From IMG/VR virus record IMGVR_UViG_3300036869_000085, positions 1 to 30,120 of that record: a stretch of DNA of 30,120 bases; one strand, written 5' to 3'. Below the pieces are notes generated by a model. That model was not told the DNA's origin and did no database searches. It worked only from the letters and a program-made list of their open reading frames with translations. Of the stretch, positions 1 to 8,000 are shown one piece after another; position 1 is the first letter of the stretch; each line of letters begins with the position of its first letter. The stretch comes from a virus. Taxonomy: Duplodnaviria > Caudoviricetes. The position numbers and the translations under genes are program-made.

Positions 1-2048
1 CCGACGACCGCGGTGACGGCGCTCTCCGGCGAACCCGTGCCGTAGGAGAGCGTGGGCCCGGTGCTGCTGGAGAAGCGAAGAGGGCCCACGAAGACCGAGT
101 CCCGGGTGGAGGCGCTGTAGAGGTTCCAGTTCCCCGCCGGCGCCGACTCCACGCCAAGGGCCAGGTTGACGTTCTGGGTCCCGGAGGTCTGCTCGAGGAT
201 AGCGATGCCGTTGGACCTGGTGATGGTCGAGGCAGCGCCCTTGCTCGCGTTGGGGACGCGCACGCCGCTCACCACCGGGTAGGTCACCGCCGCGTTGGCG
301 GTCGCGGCCTGAACGAGCAGGGCGTCGTTGCGCGCAGCGCCGGCGGTCGTGAACGTCACCGCGAATTGGCCGCCGGCCTCCACTCCGCTCACCGCGTTGC
401 CAATGACCGCAAACTGTGCCGTCGTCGACAGAGAGTTGGAGACGCCGAAGGTCCACCGGGTGCCGTCGGTCAGCAGGCCCGGGCCCCATTCAGCGTACTG
501 GCTGGTGTCGTTGGTGTGCGGGAGCGCTGCGTAGTTGTTGAGGAAGTAGGTGCCGAAGACGCTCACCCGGCCGCCCGGGGTGGTGATGAGGATCGGCGTC
601 CCGGTGGCCGAGTTCATCGCGGAGAGCTGGCCGCCGAAGAGGTTGACGGCGTAGGAGTGGTCCAGGGTGATGCCGTTCCTGGTGACCGGGGTCCCCGAGT
701 CCTGGCGACAGAACGGGGTGAGGTTTAGCGCCTGGCTGTCGTGCGCGTAGACGCAGGACCCGGTGTTGCCCTCCGCGCCGCCCACCAGGTTGACCGTCGA
801 GCCGCCCTCGAAATGGTAGCCGTCGCCGGTGTTCGCGTCCGCCGCCGTCGCCGCGAGCGAGCAGTAAGAGCACCACTCTAGGTTGTAGCCGTGGCCGCCC
901 GCGAGCACCGCGTAGGTGGCCGCGAACTCGACGCCCACCGACGAGGCCGGGGTGGTCACGCCGGTGTTGTGCTGGAGGTAGAACCCATCGGAGACCGTCT
1001 TGCTCACCACGGTGTCCCGGATGGAGGCGGAAAGACCGGTGTTCAGCGTGATGCCGCGATAGGTCCCCTCAACGTAGACGTTGCGCACGTAGAGGCTCAC
1101 GGCGTGCGACGGGATGCCATTGTCAACCGCCACCTCGATGCCCGCGCCCGAGGTCGCCGTCACGCTGGCGTCCTGCCAGATAGACAGGTCCTCGAACGCC
1201 ACTTCATCGGAGGTGTAGCGCCCCGCGTCGGTGTATTGGAACACGCTCCCCGCGCAGAAAGACACGACCTGGGTGGACTCGCGCCCCTCGCCGACAATGC
1301 GCGTCCCGCGCTTCAGCACGATGGGGCAGCTCGTCACCTTGTACCGGCCGCGGGGGATGTGGATGGTGCCACCGTTGGCAAAGCCCTTCGGCGAAAGCAC
1401 TCCCGCGTCACCGACATTCAGTGGGAGCGCAGCCATCGCCTCGACGAATGCAGCATTAGTCAGCGTCGCGCCATCGCCCACCGCACCATGAGAGGTGAGA
1501 GTGCCGAGCTCCGCCATCCAGTCCTTGATCGGCCTCGATGTGCTCGTACCGGTGGCCGTGACGAACGTGTCACTTCCCCCCACTGCTCCCACCGCCAGCG
1601 CTGCATCTTGAGCAGCATCGCGCACGGCCTGATCTCGAATCGTCTGCTGGGCTATCTGGGTGAGTCGGTCGAGGGCGCGCTCGTGAACCCTGGCAGAGTA
1701 GGGGCCAGCGGCGGGCAGCGAGATGGGTTGCGTGAGCGGAACGATCCGGCGGATCGTGAGGGTGTACCCGGCGGCGCACTTCGACCCGGCCGTGAGCGTG
1801 ACGGTGCCAGATGCGCCACCGGCGCCAGTCACTAGGTATTCCGTCCCCGTGGCGAGCACGGTCTCCGCTCCCGAGGCGACTAGGGTCTTCGCCACCCGGA
1901 GGTGGGCGTTCTCCAGGAAAGGGAACCCCACCGGGAAGGCGACCGTGGCCCCGTTGCAGGTGTAGGGCCCGGAGATCGAGGTGGTGGAAGGGACCGCGGC
2001 GAAGGCCGGGCCGGCGAGCAGGAGGAGCAGGGGGAGGAGCTTCTTCAT
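1..2048 (-). CDS. Tailspike/tail fibre, partial (at least 682 aa, runs off the window): signal peptide, T7 gp17-like N-terminal anchor, pectate-lyase-like beta-helix
   Basis: Manual translation from the ATG at 2048 (upstream GGAGAG) has no stop to position 1. Starts MKKLLPLLLLLAGPAFAAVPSTTSISGPYTCNGATVAFPVGFPF...LTIRRIVPLTQ...HERALDRLTQIAQQ (anchor domain). Then HGAVGDGATLTNAAF...GGTIHIPRGRYKV...IVGEG (beta-helix cap). Ends YGTGSPESAVTAVV, a motif common near tailspike C-termini. Absent from the ORF track because its stop lies outside the window. Confidence 0.88.
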   Translation of the reverse strand, partial: MKKLLPLLLLLAGPAFAAVPSTTSISGPYTCNGATVAFPVGFPFLENAHLRVAKTLVASGAETVLATGTEYLVTGAGGASGTVTLTAGSKCAAGYTLTIRRIVPLTQPISLPAAGPYSARVHERALDRLTQIAQQTIRDQAVRDAAQDAALAVGAVGGSDTFVTATGTSTSRPIKDWMAELGTLTSHGAVGDGATLTNAAFVEAMAALPLNVGDAGVLSPKGFANGGTIHIPRGRYKVTSCPIVLKRGTRIVGEGRESTQVVSFCAGSVFQYTDAGRYTSDEVAFEDLSIWQDASVTATSGAGIEVAVDNGIPSHAVSLYVRNVYVEGTYRGITLNTGLSASIRDTVVSKTVSDGFYLQHNTGVTTPASSVGVEFAATYAVLAGGHGYNLEWCSYCSLAATAADANTGDGYHFEGGSTVNLVGGAEGNTGSCVYAHDSQALNLTPFCRQDSGTPVTRNGITLDHSYAVNLFGGQLSAMNSATGTPILITTPGGRVSVFGTYFLNNYAALPHTNDTSQYAEWGPGLLTDGTRWTFGVSNSLSTTAQFAVIGNAVSGVEAGGQFAVTFTTAGAARNDALLVQAATANAAVTYPVVSGVRVPNASKGAASTITRSNGIAILEQTSGTQNVNLALGVESAPAGNWNLYSASTRDSVFVGPLRFSSSTGPTLSYGTGSPESAVTAVV

Positions 2049-2053
2049 GGTGG

Positions 2054-5000
2054 TCACTCTCCGTAGAGGGCAGATCCGAGCGAGCCCTGGCGCTTCTTGC
2101 CGTAGGTGGTCCCGAGGACCTTCTCGCCGAAGGTGTCGCTCGGGTCGCGGTCCTCGTCCAGCCAGTAGCCGAGGGTCGCCTTGGCCTGGCCCACCGGCAG
2201 GCCCGCAGCCATGCCGGCCGTCTCGGCAAAGTGAGAGCCGAAGGTGCGGGCCTCGTCTTGCCAGAGATCGTCGTCGAGCCAGGCCTTGGTGGTGCGGTAG
2301 CCCGCCGTGGCCGTCTGGGCGACGCCCGTGTAGACGCGGTCGATGGGCGAGAGGGAGACGTCCTTGCGCCCGTCGGCGACGGCTCGAGCGACTGGGCCGG
2401 CGAGCGGGATGAACGAGAGCGGGGCGAGGGCGGCGCGCCGCGCCATCCATCGCGCCCAGTCGGCGCCGTCGACCTTGCCGTCCTGGTCGTCGTCCTGGGC
2501 GCCCTTCCCCACCGCCAGGTCGGAGACCACCGCGCCGGCCATGACCCAGAAGAAAATCCGGGTGAAGCGGCGCATCGCCCGGCCGTAGGCCTTGTCCCGG
2601 ACATCGAGCTTGGCGTCGGCCGTGGCGCCCAGGAGGTCGTTGAGCCGCGAGCTCGCCCACCCGTGGAAGAGGGTGAACCACTTGGCGTGGGGGCTCCGCA
2701 TGATGGCGGGGAGGTCCTTCGTCGCGGCCGCCGTGAGGGAGAGCCGGACCGTCTGGTCGGCCCAGCGCACCGCCTTGGCGTGGTCGCCGGCGGAGCCCGC
2801 CAGGTCCCGGACCTTGCCCGCCATCGCCTGGTGGTAGGCGCCGAGCCACACCGCGTTGGCGACCACTCCGTCCGAGGCCTGGAAGGCCCACATGGCGACT
2901 TCGCGCGCCCGGTGGATGCCGCCGGTCTTGCCGAGGCTGCGCTCGAGCCCCTCGCGCACGTCGCGGTCCAGGTTGCGCGCCCGGTGCTTCATTTCGGCGC
3001 TCTGCTCGTGGATCCAGTCGATGGCCCGGCCGCGCTCCGCCATGACCTGGGAGATCCCCTTCCACATGAAGGTGTGGTCGACCCGGCTCTGGGCGTTCAC
3101 AACGCCGGTGAGGTTCTGGAGGGCCTGCGCCGCGTTGAAGGCGAAGACGCTTCCGGTGAGGCCGCGGCGGGTCCCGTTGACCATCTGGATCCACATCGAC
3201 TCGCCGCCGTCGGGGACGACCAGGTCGTTCGCGGTGTCCCGAATCCACTTGTCGAGTAGCGGCAGGACCTCCTCGCCGGCGGTGCGCTGGATGGCCGCCC
3301 GGAAGTGGGAATCCGTGACGATCTCGTAGGCCGAGATCAGGGACTCCCGCATCGCCACGTCCTTCGTCGCGTGGTTGAGGTGGCGGTACAGGCCGATGAG
3401 GGAGAGCTCGACCGGCCGGGCGAACTCCTCGACGCGGGCGTTGAGGTGGCCGTGCGGGGTGATGCCGCGCTCGGCGCCCGGCTGGTAGAGCTGGAAGGAG
3501 CCGAGGTCGGACTTCTCTCCCTGGGCCGCGCCGGCGTGCGAGAAGCGCCGGTCGTACACCATGGGGTAGTAGAAGCCGGGGCTCTTGTGGATCTGGCCGT
3601 CGGCCGTCTGGACCTCGAAGGCCTGGAGCTTCACCTTCTTCGGTGCGAGCCCGGTCATCTTCTTCTCGAGCTGCTCCATTTCCGGCCAGAGGCTCTCGAG
3701 CTGCGCGCCGATCCGGTCGACGAGCTCCCAGTCCTTCTTCGTGAGGTGGCGCAGGAACTCCTGGGCGGTGGCCTCGCCGTCCCAGGCCTGGAGGCCGAAC
3801 TTCTCTAGGCCGCCGTACTGCCAGCCCTTCACGATCTTGGACCGGTTGCTGTCGTTGCCCCAGTTGAGGGCCACGGCGAGCGCGGCCTCCATGGTGTAGG
3901 GCTGCCCCTTCACCGTGAAGCGGAGGTGCCGCCAGCGGAGCTTGTCCTCCATCGGCATCTTCTCGAGCTCCGCGAGGACCGGCTTCGCCACCTTCTCGGC
4001 GAGCTCGCTCCAGCGGTGGGTCGCGTCGTTCACCGGGTTCCAGAGGTACCTGGTGAAGGGCCCCTCAAGGTCCCCGCCGTCCGCCTCACGGAAGAACTCC
4101 TCGGGCCGGATCACGCCGGCCTTGAGGCGCGCCACCGCGCGGAGCGCCCTCTTCTTGAAGGAGAGGGTATTCCGGTCGACGACGACCCCGTTGTCGCCGA
4201 AGGTCTCGAAGAGCCGCTGGGAGAGCTCGCCGAGGATGGCCTTGCGCTCGCGCCGCCCCTTCGATGTGAGGAGGGTGTCCTTCACGTGGGCCAGGTGGGC
4301 GATCGACTCGACCGTCTCCCGGATCTCCGAGAGCTCCTCGCCGGAGGCCTCCTTCCAGTGGCGGGTCCGCTTGAGGTTCTCGATCACCCGGTCCGGGACG
4401 AAGGGGTCGCGGTTGAGCGCCTTCTGCTGCTCGAGCCAGGCGACCATCGACTCGGCTACCTTCGGGTCCCCACCGGCAGCGGCGTTGATCTCCCGGCGCC
4501 GGGCGACCTCCGCCATGCTCCTCGAGCTGCGGAGCTCGAGCGAGCCCAGGAGGTCGTCGACGCGCTGGAGGTAGTCGGCGCCAGCGAGGCCGAGCTTGGC
4601 CCGCTCCCGGTCGCCGAGGAACTTCTGGAGGTAGCCGACGTCCTTCCCGGCCTGCTCCCGGACGTCCCGGGCGGCCCGCCAGAGGTAGTGGTTGAAGAGC
4701 TGGAGCTCGTGGGCGTCGAAGGCCTCGCCGGCGAGCTGCCGCCGGGTGCCCTCGTCCTTCGCCTTGGCCGCCTTGGCGAGCAGGTTGATCGCGTCGAGCG
4801 CGCTCTTGCGCTCGGCGGAGAGGGCACGCGCCACCGAGACCTCGGCGAGGGGCTTCTCGCCCATGAACTCGCGGGCCCGCCGCTCGAGCGCCTTGGTGTC
4901 GACGGCGCGGAAGCGGGCCTCGAGGTCCGGATTGAGCCGGCGAGCCAGGATCCGCATGCCGGTGACGACGGCCCGGGCCTGGGCCTCGGTGTGCGTGGCG

Positions 5001-8000
5001 TCGAGCGCGGCCTCGCCGAGCGCCTGTGGGTTCTCGAGCAGGGCGGGGCCGTAGAGCTCCTGGAGCTTCTCCTGGACCCGGGTACGGATCACCTCGCCGC
5101 GGCTGGGGAGCTTGGCGAGGTCGCGCACGAGCTCGTCCCCGGTCTGGAAGCCGAAGTGCTCGGCGACCAGGTCGATCGGTGCGGCCTTCTCCGGGGAGGA
5201 GGTGGTCAGGCCGCGCAGGTTCTCCCGGACGAACTCCGCGCCGTAGCGCGCGACCGCCTCGGCGCGGTCGAGCATGCGCGGCTCGCCGGCGTCGGTAACG
5301 AGCTCGGGGGGCACGGTGCGCCCCTCGGGCATGCGGCCCTCCTTGAGGAAGCGGACGGCCTGGTAGTCCGGCTGGGCGTCGAGCTCCTTCGCCACGTCCT
5401 CGGTGAGGCGCTCCCGCTCGCCCGACATGAACTGGCGGCGCTCCCGGAGGTCGTCGGCGAGGAGGACGCGCTGGAGGTGCTCCTCGGCCTGGCGGCGGGC
5501 CTCGGTCAGGGCGGCGCGGATCTCGGCCGCGTCCTGCTCCGGCATGGCGCGCACGGCCTCCTCGATCTTGGCGGCGTCGGCGTCGGCCTCCCGGAGCGCC
5601 TCGTCGCCGCCCAGGAGCCGGTCGAACATGCGCCGGACGTCGTCCGAGAGCTTGAGCTCGGAGCCGAACTGCTGGCGGTAGGTCTCCTGGATCCCCTGGA
5701 GGCCCCGGTAGAGCTTCACCATCCAGCCCTTGAACTTGGCGAAGGTGCGGCCGAGCTCCGCCGTGGGAGCCTTGCCCTCCGCCAGGTAGAGCTCGAAAGC
5801 GTGGGAGAACCGCTCCTCCTTGGCGTCGACGGCCTTGAGCCGCTCGAGCTCCTCGAGCGTGAGGACCGGCCCCTTGCCGGCGGCCGCCCGGGCGTCCCGG
5901 GTCCTGAGGTCCTGGGCGTCGACGAGCGCGCGCTGGCGCTCCCCGTGGTCGGCGTAGCCCATGGTCTCGAGGGCGGTCCGGTAGAGCTCCCGGTTGATCT
6001 CGGAGGCCTCGGGCCGGCTGGCGAGCTGGCCGAGCACCAGGCTCATCCAGTGGCCGACCTCGTGCGCCGCGGTCGACTCGTCGGCGCCCTCGAGGAGGGT
6101 CACGTCGAAGGCGGAGACGTCCCCCTTGGGGTCGACCTGGAAGCGGATCTCGCCGCGCTTGCCCTGGAAGAGGAGGGCATGCTTCTCGGCCGCGGCGGCG
6201 ATGGCCTGCGCCCGCGCCGCGCCGCGCTTCTGCTCGAGGTCGGACACCTTGACGCCGCCCTCCGGCCCGCGGTCGTCGAAGACCTCGACCTGGAGGCCGT
6301 GCTTCTCGAGGGTGGGCCGGACCCGGGCCTCGACGCTCTGGGGGACCACCGCGACCTGGAACTCCTGGAGGCGGACGGCGCGCGGAGGCTTGGCCTCGAA
6401 GTATTCGGTCGGGGTGGTCCGGAGCTGCTCGGCGAAGACCTCGATCCGCTTCACCAGGTCGGCCGGCATGTCCTTCAAGCCGGAGAGTTCGAGCTCCCGG
6501 GCCAGGCTGACGCCCTTCTTGTACGAGTGGGCGATGGCGACGGCGAGGTTGTCGAGCGTGCCGAAGCCCATGCCCTTCTCGTGGTACGGCGAGACCGCCT
6601 TGACGATCTCGTCCCACTGGCGCTCGAGCGTGCCCTTGACCCGGGCCATTTCCTCGGGCGGGACGAGCCGGGCCCGGTCGGACTGGATCTCCTCGAGGGA
6701 GCGGAACTTCCGGGCGCCGTGAGCGCGTACCCAGCCGAGCCCGCCGGGCGTGTCGCTCTCCCCGCCCTGGAGGCCTCGGGCCTTCATTTCCCGGACGAGG
6801 TTGTCGAGCGTGGCCGGCCGCTTCTTGCCGTCGCTGTAGCGCTCGAAGTGGCGGTCACCGGAGAGCGCCGTGGTGACGCGCTCGCGCGCCCATGCGTCGA
6901 AGACGTCGGTGAGGCCCGCGCTCTGGATGGCGTCGCTGGTCCGCTGCTCCATCGCGTCGCGGTCGACCTCGCGCGTGTCGACCCGCCGAGCGTCGTCGAG
7001 GAACCGGTCGATCTTGTTGGCGGAGAGCTCGCCCTTGGGCCCCAGGTAGGCGAAGAGTAGCTCCTTCTGGAGCTTGTCCAGCCGGGCGGCGTTCTTGCCC
7101 TGCGCCTTCTGCTCGGCGAAGTGGGCCCGGATGGCGTCGCCCACCGCCGTCGAGAGCTCCCGGTCGAATGCCTCGGAGCGGTACTCCACGTTGCTCTTCG
7201 GGTCGGTGACCTCCGGGTGCGCCTTGAAGAAGGCCCGGACCGCGTCGGCCTTCGACCACTGGCTCTCGTTGAGCGTGCGCTCCTTCGTCGGGGCCTCCGG
7301 GGCGATCCCCTTCTCCTTGGCGAAAGCGAGCTCGAGCAGCGGGCGGAGCTGGCCGCCCTCCCAGGCCTTCGGGCCCTTCCTCGCGAGCTCGGCGTTGAGG
7401 TCGCCGGCGTAGCCCGCCGTCTCTCGCTCGAGCGGGCCGAGGAGGTTGCGGAGCTTGTTGACGCCCGTCGTCTTGAGGCCGTGGAAGGTGGTGGGGTGGC
7501 GGGGGGAGTAGACGTCGGCGTCGAAGATCGGGACCTTCGCCTTGGGGTCCACGAGCTGGCGCGGGGCGAGCAGAGTGATCTCGCCGAAGGCGGAGAGCGG
7601 GGACTCCTTCGGGGCGACGGCGATGGAGGGGACCACCAGGCCGCCGAGCTCGTCGGCGTGGAGCAGGTTGTCGGCCGTGAGGTTGTGCTGGACCACCAGG
7701 TTGCGGATCACGGCCTCCTCGGGCCGCTCCGGCTGGAAGAGGACGCCCTCGACCTCCCGGTCCCGGAAGAGCGCGGCGCGGGCCTGCTCGGCCGTCGGGT
7801 TCGGGGCGAACATGGTCGCCTGGCGTGGGTCGAAGGCGGCCTCGTGCGCCCAGGCGCGGAAGCGCTCCTGGAGCTCCTTGGGCTTCCCGGTCTCGAAGAG
7901 CCGGGCCAGCGCGGCCACCGCCGGCGGGACGTCGGCGCCACCGAAGAGCGAGCCCTGGGAGAGGATCTGGTCGACCCGGAGCTCCCGGCGGCGGGCGTCG

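Noticed and set aside
1-2048. Diversity-generating retroelement target, as in BPP-1
   Set aside because: No reverse transcriptase or TR/VR repeat pair seen in the window, and the spike is beta-helical; sequence beyond the left edge cannot be assessed.
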